Virus record (IMG/VR): IMGVR_UViG_3300045988_142085
Span: 172,115 to 236,114 of that record
Reading direction: 5' to 3' (one strand)
Source: a virus
Length of the DNA stretch: 64,000 nt
The notes beneath the pieces are model-generated. The model was given only the letters and a program-made list of their open reading frames with translations, had not been told where the DNA came from and made no database searches. The number at the start of each line of letters is the position of its first letter. Within the stretch, counting starts at the first letter, position 1. Of the stretch, positions 1 through 11,184 are shown piece after piece. The position numbers and the translations under genes were made by a program.

Positions 1-989
1 CTTCGTCGGTTAAATTTTCATCTGGAATGAATAATTTAGTTTCATGAAGATCCATCGTACTGTGTTCATTTACTGGAACCCATTGATAATCTTCGCCGTT
101 AAATTGTCGCCAAATATATAAAATATTTGTATCGCTATCATACCATAAATCATTCGGCTCAGGTCGTTCTGGTTGGACAAAGTAAATAAATTTACGTTGG
201 TTCTTAGAATATAATTTACCGTAGAAATAAATATCGCCAAATTCATCGACATAAATAGCTCGAGTATTTCTATTGTCATAGAAGAACTTAACAGAAATAC
301 CTGTTTCATCGACGATCCAATAAGCCCAACCTAATACGATATCGCCAGCGTCTTCAAAGTTTTGCATTGGCGGGAATGCCGGCGATGCTGAGAAGATACC
401 ATAATGATATTTAGGATACAACTCTGGAGTCTTGTCGTTATAAGTAATTGTATCGATATGAGATGATGCATAGTTATATACGACACCAACTTTTCTACCG
501 ACATTAGCTTCTGGGTCTACGACATGAATAATTTGCTTATTAATAGAGGCTATTTGTAGAGTTTCTTGAGTTTCTAAATCGTATACTCGAAACTCTTTTA
601 AATCTGGAAGTTCACCTTGAACTCCGGAGATATATGCTACTTGTTTTAATTGAGATGGAGCATATACTGGAAAACGTAATGTAATCTGTCCACTAGCATC
701 GAGCGTAAATTTTTCAAAATACTGAATAGCCTGTGGAGCACCTACATTAATGGACGCAGCGTCAAGATTAATTCGATGGCCTTTTTTGTTGATTAATTCA
801 CCAGCTGCTACATCGATAATAAACTCATCGCCACGTCGAGAGCATTCAAAACCGGACACAACGCCCCAGCCAGCGGACTGAAGACGTTCTGTGTCGATCC
901 AATCTTGAATCATTTCAAAATTGTCGTTAATAGGTTTAGCTTTTACGCCTTTGGTAAAATCAACCTTTGTTAAATAATTTTGTGCCATT
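1..989 (-). CDS. Partial CDS whose 3' part extends beyond the window start. Distal tail fibre or baseplate structural protein, start ATG at 989.
   Basis: An uninterrupted protein-like minus-strand frame starts at ATG 987-989 (MAQNYLTKVDFTKGVKAKPINDNF...) and runs off the window. It sits at the distal end of the tail-fibre gene block. The six-frame track only lists a spurious 79-aa ORF here. Confidence 0.55.
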
Positions 990-991
990 TA

Positions 992-2680
992 TTAATCCTT
1001 GAATAATAATACTGCTGCTTCCGACGAAGAAATATGTTTGTCAATTTGTTCCTGTAACTGGTCTCTATAGCTTTCATATTTTTTAGGTAATGTGATTACC
1101 ATAGAAGTACCAATTCTGTACGGTCTGCCAAGTATATTACCAGTATCGATATATTCGTAATTGTCGAATTTACTAGATCCGCCACCAATTATTCTGGTAT
1201 CAGTTGGCTCGATTTTTGTATCGAGCTTAATAATTATATTGGCAATTTTAATATCGTTAGATGGCTCATCTGTCGGTAACACATAAAATCTTTGGTCTTT
1301 TAATATACCGGTATTCGTCATATATAAACTATAATTAGTTTTTATATTAGTAATATCGATAACGGTTTCTTCAGATTTAGCGATATTATATTTAGAGCTA
1401 TAATATTGACCGATAATCAACTGAAGTTTTTCCTTGTCATAATTATAACGTATAGTAGGTAACTGTTCAATATTAAATAAAGAATAGTCGACATTATCGA
1501 TAAATTTTAATTCTTGATTTACGGTATAAATTAAAGATTCATTATTATCTTTTTTAGGTTCGTCGTCGATTATTTTTTTAAAGTAGATGTCACGGGAAGG
1601 TGTTGCATAATCGAAGATAACATTCTCATTCGTTGTTTCGACATAAACTAATTTATAATCATGATTATCTAAAGAAGTTAGAGAAGCTATATCTTTATCT
1701 AAATTAATTTGAGGATGTTTCATATTTAATCGATTATTTAAACTATAATAATAGTCGATTAAATTATTAGAAATAAAAGTATTAATATAGCTGTCAGCTT
1801 TTTCTGGAGCACGATGATAACCGATGCTATAAGCATAAACAATATTTTCGGCTAAGAACTGAATTAAACGAGGCTCAGTAAAAATTTCTTTACCACACAA
1901 TAAAATCGTTTTAAAATTTAATCGATCTTGCATAATCAATATCGGAGTATGATTAATAGTTAACTTAATGTAATCATATGTAGCACGAGGGAATACCGAC
2001 ATTTCTAAATCATGATTAAAGATATCCCATGACGGTTCAATTACGTATTCAGATTGATTAAATAAAACAGGTCTTGCTACATCAAATATCTTAGGTTTAT
2101 TATAAAGAATCTTATTACCGTAAGTAGAGTTTACAATATAAATATTGCAATTGTCTTTATAGCCGCCAGCTTTCATTGCCTTTAAGAATTTATCTTCGCC
2201 ATTATAATATTTAATATCGGGATTATCGGTTACGCTATTAAACTTAACGTTATTCGGAACAGTAATGCCTTGCAACATTGACTTTACTTTTTCTATACCA
2301 GTAAAATCGATATTAATATTCCAGCTACGTTCAGAAGAAAACGGAATATTTCTTTGTAAGATATACTTATAACCAAATACTGTCGGGCGATAAGACGCTT
2401 TTTTAGATGTATCTTTTATTGTAATAATGCCGTCTTTATCTAAAAGGTAATCTTTTTGTTCTTTTGCCGGGACATAATTCTCTTTAAATAAAAGCAAATC
2501 TTTATCGATCTTCTGATATAAAGATACAGCTTCTTTTTTATTTAAACTCAATAAATCGTTATTGAATTTAATAACGGTATCCGCATAAACAGAGTTATTA
2601 GCTAAATAAGATAACGGCATATCTTGATCGTCGAGTAATACAGTATTTGCTATTTTTTTCTTATTTCTATAAATTTTCAT
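992..2680 (-). CDS. Hypothetical tail fibre or baseplate-associated structural protein (562 aa).
   Basis: Long minus-strand ORF collinear and tightly packed with neighbouring structural genes. Asn/Tyr/Ile-rich composition typical of fibre proteins. No recognisable catalytic motif. Confidence 0.6.
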   Translation of the reverse strand: MKIYRNKKKIANTVLLDDQDMPLSYLANNSVYADTVIKFNNDLLSLNKKEAVSLYQKIDKDLLLFKENYVPAKEQKDYLLDKDGIITIKDTSKKASYRPTVFGYKYILQRNIPFSSERSWNINIDFTGIEKVKSMLQGITVPNNVKFNSVTDNPDIKYYNGEDKFLKAMKAGGYKDNCNIYIVNSTYGNKILYNKPKIFDVARPVLFNQSEYVIEPSWDIFNHDLEMSVFPRATYDYIKLTINHTPILIMQDRLNFKTILLCGKEIFTEPRLIQFLAENIVYAYSIGYHRAPEKADSYINTFISNNLIDYYYSLNNRLNMKHPQINLDKDIASLTSLDNHDYKLVYVETTNENVIFDYATPSRDIYFKKIIDDEPKKDNNESLIYTVNQELKFIDNVDYSLFNIEQLPTIRYNYDKEKLQLIIGQYYSSKYNIAKSEETVIDITNIKTNYSLYMTNTGILKDQRFYVLPTDEPSNDIKIANIIIKLDTKIEPTDTRIIGGGSSKFDNYEYIDTGNILGRPYRIGTSMVITLPKKYESYRDQLQEQIDKHISSSEAAVLLFKD

Positions 2681-2684
2681 ACCG

Positions 2685-4760
2685 TTACCTCATAACAACA
2701 TATTCATTTGGAATCATATTTAAATCTGTTATTCTATACTGATCGATAGCTTTAGTTTCTTTATTTTGATCGTAAATAATTTTAATATCTTTTTTATTAG
2801 AAGATACTTTTACTTCATAAAGATTAGAAGATTCTTTCCCGATTAATACATTATATTTTAAATCGTTGATACAATAACTATCTGCTTTTAAATATTCAAT
2901 AATGTAATATTTATAATTATTATTATGGAGAACGATTTCGTTTCGCCCAAAATCGATATCGAATTGACTATTATCTAACACATCGTAATTAATAACTGCC
3001 ATTTTTACATCGGTCGTTTCTTTTTCTTTGCGAACCCGATAGAAATATTTTTCATCGACTTCTTCGTTTGTCGCATATACAATAATATTATTAAACGTAT
3101 CCAAGATCGGCTTTGCTAATTTTAATTCTTTTTTAGCGTTAGAGAATACTTCACGATTCCAGTTAGTAAATCGATACATATATTCTTCTGCATGCGGATA
3201 TACGATAATAATATATTTATATTGTTTTCTTATCTCATTAGAGATATTAATAGAATTATGTTTAATGTCGACATCAGTATTATGATTAAAATCTAAATAT
3301 ACATATCCGACATCGGAAAGAATAAACTTATCTAATGTTTTAGCTAACGGATTAACTTCGGTAAACTCTTTAATACCGACTACTTGTATATCTTCTAATT
3401 CATACACGTTAAGTTTTTTAGATAAATTGATCGGTGTATATCGATTAAACATTTCTATTTGAACAGAAGGGATAATAATTTCTCGATAAGAAGAACTTAA
3501 ATCGAGCGGCTCATCATCTTTATCTAAACATAAAATAGGAGACGTCACTTCATCGGTAACATAAGAAACAAATTCGCTAACATTAAGAATATCTTCGGTT
3601 TTATTTTCTTTATTAGTAATAAGCAACTTATATACGTAAGCATCGATATTATAGAACATATCTAAATATCGAGAAGAATATTTATTTAAATGAACATAAC
3701 CGCCTAGATATGCAATAGTTAGTGATTCACGATCGTATACGATTCTAACGTCTTCATTTAGAGGAAGTTCAGGAGTATATTCACGGCCGTCATATTTAAA
3801 ATAATAATATTTTAATTTGTCGGCAACAGGTAACTTCTGAATATTAATAACGAGTTCTATTCTAGAAATATTATCTAAATCGAAATGTAAATAACTTCCT
3901 TCTTGTTTAGAACCGCTACCAGATGACGGAACATATTCACTATTTTCATATTCCTGCAATGAAATATTTTTAACGGTACCATTTCTACCAGCAAAACGAA
4001 TAGAAATATCGGCATCTTTTTCAAGAACTATTTTATTGCCGTTTAACAGTTCTTTTTTGTTTATATCTGTACTGTCGCTATTAGACTCAAAAACATAAGC
4101 AATAATATCGCCTTCAATGTCGGCTTTTAAGTAATACGTTCCCTTTTTAAGCGAGATAAAATCAGTTTCTGTTTCCGCATCATAAGTACAGTTTTCAAAT
4201 TGTATTGTATTATCATAATAATAGATCCTACCACCAACAGTACTGATAGAATTAGCAGCCCATCCAATAGGAAGACCAGTTGAGATTTTGATAGACTTAA
4301 TAGTATTTCCATATTGAGAGTAAAATCCTATTTTATAATTATCGATGTCGATTTTAAATTTCTCGATAAATACAACTTTTTCTTTTTTAGTTTCGAGATA
4401 AAAATTAACTTCGTTGTTTATTTTTTCTAAAACTAAAACAGCGTCATTATTATTGATTAAATGTTTAAATTGTACGGTAGAATATTCTTGAACAGTTTGA
4501 GAGCTCGCTCCAAGCATATCTATAATTTTATCGATAACAGAATATTCATTATCGCCAAGTTTAAACATATATTGTTTAGGAGATTTAAAGATGTCTTCGG
4601 CATCTTGAATTAACAAAATGCCGAATCCAGAATTAACATACTTCAGTTGAAGTTCAATTCTACAATCTCCAGAATATAAATAATCGGCAGTTATAATATC
4701 TTGGTCATAAAAATAACACCCATTATTTTTTGTTACACGAGCTTTATTAAAAAATATCAT
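2685..4760 (-). CDS. Hypothetical tail fibre or baseplate protein (691 aa).
   Basis: Long ORF whose start overlaps the upstream gene by 4 nt (ATGA). Position in the distal tail module. Confidence 0.6.
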   Translation of the reverse strand: MIFFNKARVTKNNGCYFYDQDIITADYLYSGDCRIELQLKYVNSGFGILLIQDAEDIFKSPKQYMFKLGDNEYSVIDKIIDMLGASSQTVQEYSTVQFKHLINNNDAVLVLEKINNEVNFYLETKKEKVVFIEKFKIDIDNYKIGFYSQYGNTIKSIKISTGLPIGWAANSISTVGGRIYYYDNTIQFENCTYDAETETDFISLKKGTYYLKADIEGDIIAYVFESNSDSTDINKKELLNGNKIVLEKDADISIRFAGRNGTVKNISLQEYENSEYVPSSGSGSKQEGSYLHFDLDNISRIELVINIQKLPVADKLKYYYFKYDGREYTPELPLNEDVRIVYDRESLTIAYLGGYVHLNKYSSRYLDMFYNIDAYVYKLLITNKENKTEDILNVSEFVSYVTDEVTSPILCLDKDDEPLDLSSSYREIIIPSVQIEMFNRYTPINLSKKLNVYELEDIQVVGIKEFTEVNPLAKTLDKFILSDVGYVYLDFNHNTDVDIKHNSINISNEIRKQYKYIIIVYPHAEEYMYRFTNWNREVFSNAKKELKLAKPILDTFNNIIVYATNEEVDEKYFYRVRKEKETTDVKMAVINYDVLDNSQFDIDFGRNEIVLHNNNYKYYIIEYLKADSYCINDLKYNVLIGKESSNLYEVKVSSNKKDIKIIYDQNKETKAIDQYRITDLNMIPNEYVVMR

Positions 4761-7700
4761 ATAGCCGTTAATCCTATTCTGTTTAATTTAATAGTAGATT
4801 TATTATTTAACAATTCAATTTTAAACTGGAATGTATCAGTATCGGTAAACGATACCGGAGTTAGCGTACCAGATCGATATAAATCCTTCCAAGCAGTAAA
4901 CTGATTATTTACACCTTGTTTCCGAAGCGATCTTACTTTAATCGATACATCACCGACTATATCGGCATCGATCGTATCTAAGTTATAAGTACCTTTTTCA
5001 GATACCATAAATAATCGAGAGATAAAATCTCCACCAGCAACCGGTAAAGACTCAATAGCCTGGTCTTCTAATTCATCGTAAATATTATACACATCGATAG
5101 AACTAATAGAACTATTTGCCGGAATATCGATTTCTAATCTAATATATTGTACTAGTTTATCGTTAGATAAAAGAACAAAGTCTCCATTTTCTACAACAGC
5201 AATAGTCGCATATTTAGAATAATAATTCTCAGAACCTAATACTCTAATCGTAAATTTATCTTCACTAAGAGTATTTATCTTGGCTGCCATATATAATATA
5301 TTTTTAAGGTATTTATACCAATCTTCAGATTTAGCTTTATATTGATTATGGATTAAATCAAAGATTTCTGTCGTAATTGTGCCAGGCTCATTTAACGTAA
5401 TTAACTTATTGCCGCGCAATAACACTTTATCTAACTGACAACGTTTTAAGTCGGCTGTCGCTAATAGTGTAGCGTCATAATCGATTGTCGTACCATATTG
5501 AATTACGTCGTTATCATCGACATCAATATTATTATCAGTCATATAATTAAAGGTATCGAAAATGATTTCGTTAGCAACACTATTTTTCTTTTCAGTTAAA
5601 TCCCAACTATATTTATCGATATTTTTACTATGAGGTTCTGTTATTAATTTATCAGATAAAACAATTTCTTCGATTGAACCAACTGTACCAGTAACGACAA
5701 TATAATAATAGAAATCTTTATCGACATCAAATTGAAAGAAAGCAAAATCGTCGTTAATAACGAAGTCTCCAATTTTTTCTAAGAGTGGCTTCTTTTGCAA
5801 TCTAAATCCATTTAATTTCTTTTCTTTATAAAGACTAATTTTTAGGTTGCCGACTTTTTTAATATAACAATATGACGTAGAGTATGCATATTTATCGATT
5901 CTAAAAATAGCATATCCTTCTTTATCGAATTTAAAATTAATTACATAATTTTTATTTAATTCGATTAATGTAGGATCACAATCTTCGAATGTCCAATTAT
6001 TAAATGTATTAGCCGTCGTTAAAGAATGCAACGATGAAATTTCAGAGACTTCTTTTTGTTCTTTAAAGTTGACGTAACAAAGTGGATTCAAAACTTTCAT
6101 GTCCATTAAACTATTCGGAATATAGTTTTGTCTTTCCGTTAACATTTTTACAAGACTACCTTGTTTTTTAGTATTATTTAAATCGACATAATGTTCTTTA
6201 TGATGGTCGACTTCTGTTTCGTATACTGGGAAGTAATATTCCTTACCGGCTTCATAATAATAGCCAGATTTAATAGCAATCTTATTATCTAAACTATTAC
6301 GATATACAGATACAACATTGTTTACGACGACTGCAGTAAAATTAGGATCTAGTGCTTTGGCATATACTTTGTCGATATCGTTATTAGCGATATTTAGATT
6401 TTTAGAATCCCCGTCTTTCACATCTTTAATCGTCATTAAAGTTTCTGTATCGTAAGCGTTAATATTATACTCGACTAATTCATATAATTTATCGAGATTG
6501 GTAAATACGATTTTAGAAGGATGCTTATAAGTATATGTCGCCTGCAAACTTAATGAATCATAATCGTAAATAGAATTTACTTGAATAATACCTGGCGTAC
6601 CATACAATACATATTCATCATTAGCTAATGCAGTATTAGAAATAGATAATTCAATATTATCAGGAGATACATTAGAATATTTAAATTTACCTAACCCATC
6701 TTCAGTTAGCTCGATTGTTTCAGTATATCTTTTTTCATTATATACGATAGTAGCATATGAAGGAACAGATAAAATATATTCAGATAAATTATAATCGATA
6801 TTGTCGATTTGATATACATCTTGTAAACTCAATTCAGAAGCAAACAACGTTGTCTCTAATTTTTTATTAACAGAGATATTATAATCTGATTCATTATCGT
6901 TCCACATATTAGCGAATATAGAAATTTCTGGCGTAAGGATATTAATATTATTACCTAATAAACACCATTTAGATAATACTTCTTTATTCTTATGTTGATA
7001 TCGAATATATTGTGTCGATTGATTATACCCGTCCGGCAAATTAATTTCGACGAAATAAACTTGTTCTGTCGACAATTTAGGAACAAAGTTATCTAAAACA
7101 ATCGGATACTCTTTTTGATTCTGAACAATTGTTTCAGAATGATGTAGCGTATGATTAGAAGAGTTCTTCATCGCTAATAAAATTTTATATACTTTGTTTT
7201 CTGTCGATGCCTCAGTTGTCTTAATTAAGCCTCGAGCATCGTGAACATAGTTAACTAATAACGTAGTCGGAATCTCCGAGAGAATTTTATTATATTCAAG
7301 TTCAAAGTATGCACCAAGAATATCGACTTCCTTAAATGCCGATTGGTCCATATTTTTATTATAAATAATTACTCGGCCATCATAAGTAACAAATACAGCA
7401 TCATTAGATTTATCAAAAGAATAATGGTTAGTTAAAATATTTAATAACGATAATGATTCAATTTGTTTTTCGTAATGATCGAACGTTAATGTTATATACT
7501 TAGTTTCACTATCAACGTTGATATAATCGACATTATGTTTATTTATTTGACCTGTAAGGATAGGGAATTCACTCTTAGATATATTTTGTTTATCGATGAG
7601 TAACGGGAGCCTTCCCGGGCCAATAAATGAATCATAGGTATCATAATTGTCGTCGATAATATTGTTATCTTTATATAATTTTAATATTGTATCTCTCGAT

Positions 7701-9844
7701 TTAATCTTTAAGTTAACTTGACTATTTGGAGGAACCGTAATAGATTTTTCATAGTACTTAAAATTAGCATATTCACCAGCAATAGAAATATAATTAATTA
7801 CCGGATTAGAAATACCGAGATAAGAATGAAGAGATAATGTAAGTATCTTATTATCTGGATTATCGGGAATAGAATATGTATTTAAAGATTTAGATAATGG
7901 TTGCCCATTAATCGAGAACACTAAGCCGTTTGCAGTCGCATTAATATATTTAATTTTAAACCCGCGTTGTCCGATTTTAACGATCGAGATATGTTTTCGT
8001 TTCGAGTCTTCAGATTCGAAAGAGAACTTCATATTTTTAGTGTCGGTATTTAATTCTTGAGAAGCTAAAATATTGTTATTGTCGTCAGTAATTAAAATGC
8101 GACAAGAACCTGTGTGTATTTCATTATCTAACTTATCGATTTCAAATTCAAGAGAAGTAATAATCTGATCGATATTAATTTGACCTTGAACATCGGAATC
8201 GATATAAAGATAATTATCGGCTTGATTGTATTTAAAATTATTTAACTTAATTAAGTCAAAACGATTAATGATATTAACAGGAGTATCTTTAATAGAATAA
8301 TTAATCGTTTTAAAACGCATAGCATCTGTTAAAGGAATACTTAAAGTACCAACAGTTGACTTAGAAGTGTCGAGTTTAATACCGTCTTTAGTATTGATTA
8401 CGTTAGAAGATGAAGAGAAATCACTAATGCGAGTGCCGTAAAAATAATTATCTAAATAAGATATAGCACCGTTTTCTTTAATAAAGTAATCATTAGTGAA
8501 TTCATTATTTAACTGTTCTTGGTTATCGATCTTAAAAGAAGTTAAATAAATATTGCCGCCCTGATGTTTAGGTTGCGCAATAACTTTATATGTTACATCT
8601 TTGTTAGTATCGTTAACTAATAAGCCTTTATTTTTAATCGTAACATTTTTTACGCCGACTTCATAATCGACAAAGTCTTCTAATGGTAAACGATATTCAC
8701 CGTTATACGTTTTATATGTTTTAAAATTAATCGTTGCGGGGTCGATTTTAATTGTCGAAGTCGCTTTTAAATTATATTCTACTTGAACAGGTTTAAGTTT
8801 TAAATCATATTTTTTTAGACCGATACCAATATTAACATTCTTATTGCTATTTAATAAGTATTGACTAATTTTCTGATTAGATTTTTTATAGCCGATAATT
8901 GATACATCGGTAGTGTCGGAAGAACTAATTAAATTAGATGTCGTAACTTTTAAGCTGTCATAATAGCCGACGCCATCTAAATAATATTCGACAGGTTGAT
9001 CCCAGATATGAGGAAGATAATCGAGTTTTTTAAATTCATTTTCCCAAAATGTAATATCCCAGATCTTTTCTCTTGCTATATCTTTATTTAGTTTAGCAAT
9101 ATAATCGTAAACTTTCTGATCTTTAATTACTTCTTGGATATTAATATTATTTAATTTATCGATTTTAATATCTTTAAAAGCAATACCGGCATAAGCCGAT
9201 AATAAATTTTTAATTAGATATTTTAAACCAAATTCAGTCGAATTAAATCTATGCTTATACGTATTAAGAATATTAGGATCGTCAAATAAGATATTATTAT
9301 TTTTATTATTCTTAGTTCTTAATGCGTCGTATGTTCTATTAGATAAACTTAAATTAGACTCATTAGGAAGTCGATCGATCCCGGCAAACCATGCGAACTC
9401 ATCGAAGATATTCCAGACAGGTTCTTGTTTTAAATTAACTGTATAATGGAACTTGTTAATAGCATATCCGATCGGAGTACCATCTACTTCACCGAGTTTA
9501 AAGTAAAGATTGCCATTTTCATAATAAGCATACTTTTTATTTTTATAGAACTCGTTTAAGTTTTCTGTAATAGTAAATTCATTATCTAACTTTAAATTAT
9601 CTTCAAGTTTGCCAATGTTTGCTACATAGATTTGAGAGATGATAGAATCTTCTCTCCCAGCATAATTAACTAAAAAGAAATCTTTAGTATAATCATCGAC
9701 CTCTTTATAGATAGAGGTCATTTCTTCGATTACAGCTCTAAGTAGATGTCCGGATGTAGACTTGTATGGTCGGCGTCTAATTTGCATCCACTTTGGAAAA
9801 TACTGCAAAGCTCTTGCAAAATTTTTATTAGTAATTGCATCCAT
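4757..9844 (-). CDS. Large tail fibre or baseplate structural protein (1695 aa), a candidate receptor-binding or central fibre protein.
   Basis: A 5.1-kb uninterrupted ORF downstream of small baseplate-like genes. Repetitive N/Y/T-rich composition. Confidence 0.6.
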   Translation of the reverse strand: MDAITNKNFARALQYFPKWMQIRRRPYKSTSGHLLRAVIEEMTSIYKEVDDYTKDFFLVNYAGREDSIISQIYVANIGKLEDNLKLDNEFTITENLNEFYKNKKYAYYENGNLYFKLGEVDGTPIGYAINKFHYTVNLKQEPVWNIFDEFAWFAGIDRLPNESNLSLSNRTYDALRTKNNKNNNILFDDPNILNTYKHRFNSTEFGLKYLIKNLLSAYAGIAFKDIKIDKLNNINIQEVIKDQKVYDYIAKLNKDIAREKIWDITFWENEFKKLDYLPHIWDQPVEYYLDGVGYYDSLKVTTSNLISSSDTTDVSIIGYKKSNQKISQYLLNSNKNVNIGIGLKKYDLKLKPVQVEYNLKATSTIKIDPATINFKTYKTYNGEYRLPLEDFVDYEVGVKNVTIKNKGLLVNDTNKDVTYKVIAQPKHQGGNIYLTSFKIDNQEQLNNEFTNDYFIKENGAISYLDNYFYGTRISDFSSSSNVINTKDGIKLDTSKSTVGTLSIPLTDAMRFKTINYSIKDTPVNIINRFDLIKLNNFKYNQADNYLYIDSDVQGQINIDQIITSLEFEIDKLDNEIHTGSCRILITDDNNNILASQELNTDTKNMKFSFESEDSKRKHISIVKIGQRGFKIKYINATANGLVFSINGQPLSKSLNTYSIPDNPDNKILTLSLHSYLGISNPVINYISIAGEYANFKYYEKSITVPPNSQVNLKIKSRDTILKLYKDNNIIDDNYDTYDSFIGPGRLPLLIDKQNISKSEFPILTGQINKHNVDYINVDSETKYITLTFDHYEKQIESLSLLNILTNHYSFDKSNDAVFVTYDGRVIIYNKNMDQSAFKEVDILGAYFELEYNKILSEIPTTLLVNYVHDARGLIKTTEASTENKVYKILLAMKNSSNHTLHHSETIVQNQKEYPIVLDNFVPKLSTEQVYFVEINLPDGYNQSTQYIRYQHKNKEVLSKWCLLGNNINILTPEISIFANMWNDNESDYNISVNKKLETTLFASELSLQDVYQIDNIDYNLSEYILSVPSYATIVYNEKRYTETIELTEDGLGKFKYSNVSPDNIELSISNTALANDEYVLYGTPGIIQVNSIYDYDSLSLQATYTYKHPSKIVFTNLDKLYELVEYNINAYDTETLMTIKDVKDGDSKNLNIANNDIDKVYAKALDPNFTAVVVNNVVSVYRNSLDNKIAIKSGYYYEAGKEYYFPVYETEVDHHKEHYVDLNNTKKQGSLVKMLTERQNYIPNSLMDMKVLNPLCYVNFKEQKEVSEISSLHSLTTANTFNNWTFEDCDPTLIELNKNYVINFKFDKEGYAIFRIDKYAYSTSYCYIKKVGNLKISLYKEKKLNGFRLQKKPLLEKIGDFVINDDFAFFQFDVDKDFYYYIVVTGTVGSIEEIVLSDKLITEPHSKNIDKYSWDLTEKKNSVANEIIFDTFNYMTDNNIDVDDNDVIQYGTTIDYDATLLATADLKRCQLDKVLLRGNKLITLNEPGTITTEIFDLIHNQYKAKSEDWYKYLKNILYMAAKINTLSEDKFTIRVLGSENYYSKYATIAVVENGDFVLLSNDKLVQYIRLEIDIPANSSISSIDVYNIYDELEDQAIESLPVAGGDFISRLFMVSEKGTYNLDTIDADIVGDVSIKVRSLRKQGVNNQFTAWKDLYRSGTLTPVSFTDTDTFQFKIELLNNKSTIKLNRIGLTAI

Positions 9845-9847
9845 TCA

Positions 9848-10639
9848 TTAAACCTCTATCCACTGAATTGTATCGAGAATCATTTTGGATTTAATATCCT
9901 GTAATGATTTTAATGCCGTTATAGATACACCGTCGACAAATAATCCTGTAACATTAAAATAACTTACACCAGTTTCATTAATGCCCATCTTATTAATAAC
10001 TCCGATATCAAGATAAGAATCAGGAGGAATAGCATTAATATATTCTGCAATACGTTGTTCTAAATTCTTTTTAATGTCGGCTAAGTTAGAATTATCGTTA
10101 GATAAAGTAATAGATAATGTAACAGCTTTTAATGCCGGTGTCACATACTCTATATATAATGATGGACTTGTGACATTCTTTAAACGGTCTTTTGCTTCGT
10201 TTAGCGCCGCTTCAATCTTTTCGATAGTATATTCTTTAGGAATAACGTAACAAATAGCTGTACCTGTACCATACACCATCGGCACATATGTTACGTTAGA
10301 TGCATTTTGTAAATCTAATAACGCAGCATCGATTGCAATCGTATTAGATTTTTCATTAATTAAAGACCAATTAATTAATCGATATAATAAGTTCTGATCA
10401 CTTTCGCCTTCGCGACGAGTGAATCCACAGAATTTAACCATATCATCTAAATTGGAGCCTCTTAAATTTGTGTATATATGAGGATTTTTATTGGACTCAA
10501 TATACAAATATGCTTCTTCCATTTCTTTGGAATTAGCTAACATAAATAAATCGACAACAGAACCACGCTCAACAGTATCGTTAGTCAGTTTCTGAAAAAT
10601 ATTTTTAATCGATTCATGAATTTGTGTAAATGTCTTCAT
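9848..10639 (-). CDS. Hypothetical baseplate component (263 aa).
   Basis: ORF in the baseplate position between the tape-measure-like giant gene and the fibre genes. Overlaps the upstream gene by 4 nt. Confidence 0.5.
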   Translation of the reverse strand: MKTFTQIHESIKNIFQKLTNDTVERGSVVDLFMLANSKEMEEAYLYIESNKNPHIYTNLRGSNLDDMVKFCGFTRREGESDQNLLYRLINWSLINEKSNTIAIDAALLDLQNASNVTYVPMVYGTGTAICYVIPKEYTIEKIEAALNEAKDRLKNVTSPSLYIEYVTPALKAVTLSITLSNDNSNLADIKKNLEQRIAEYINAIPPDSYLDIGVINKMGINETGVSYFNVTGLFVDGVSITALKSLQDIKSKMILDTIQWIEV

Positions 10640-11175
10640 ATAACGAATCCTTTTAAAACCTTTCCAGTTCGTTTATTAATAATCTTAATATGAATATTAT
10701 GCCATGCCATAATCTGATGATCATCGACATTAGGTGTAACAAATACATCGTATAATGAAGTGTCGACAATACTGTCGACGATTTCTTTTATCGCATGTAA
10801 ATTTGCCTTATCGAATTTATCTTCATGACGATATTCAACGAGTCTAGATCCATAATCAGAATAAGGTTGAACTTCGCCTAATTCAGTTTTTAATCGTAAC
10901 ATGATTTGTTGAACTTCATAATCTTCGTTATCTTTGCATACGTCGACAGAAGATAATTTTTTATTTAAATAATCATCCTCTTTAGGCTTCACTTTAAATT
11001 TAATACTTAAAGCATTTGTCTTATGCTTTGGTCGAGTAACTGATTCAACGAAAAATTGAATTTTTAACTTGTTTGTTTTTTGACCGATATTAAATTGAAT
11101 AGCTAATGAATTAGATCGTCGACTTGGACCTAATATGATATCATCTTTATTTGTGTCTAATAAGAAATCGATCAT
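10636..11175 (-). CDS. Hypothetical baseplate protein (179 aa).
   Basis: Compact ORF translationally coupled to its neighbours. Confidence 0.5.
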   Translation of the reverse strand: MIDFLLDTNKDDIILGPSRRSNSLAIQFNIGQKTNKLKIQFFVESVTRPKHKTNALSIKFKVKPKEDDYLNKKLSSVDVCKDNEDYEVQQIMLRLKTELGEVQPYSDYGSRLVEYRHEDKFDKANLHAIKEIVDSIVDTSLYDVFVTPNVDDHQIMAWHNIHIKIINKRTGKVLKGFVI

Positions 11176-11184
11176 TTGTTATCC

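Noticed and set aside
70-309. 79-aa minus-strand ORF from the six-frame track
   Set aside because: It lies out of frame inside a much longer, protein-like partial CDS (1..989) that runs off the window. The sequence is low-complexity (MKQVFLLSSSMTIEILELF...) and looks spurious.
4127-4312. Short same-strand ORFs nested in other frames of large genes (e.g. 4127-4312, 16331-16543, 20591-20782, 24757-24942, 24991-25272, 53110-53346, 53617-53799)
   Set aside because: They are embedded out of frame in long coding regions with no independent start signals. They are byproducts of AT-rich sequence.
4701-4904. Plus-strand 67-aa ORF and similar short plus-strand ORFs (e.g. 11888-12106, 13900-14106, 18801-19019, 22316-22558, 26148-26426, 46566-46901, 53705-54178, 54689-55114)
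   Set aside because: All lie antisense within long, well-supported minus-strand genes. They have hydrophobic low-complexity translations typical of the reverse frame of AT-rich coding DNA. None has a convincing SD.
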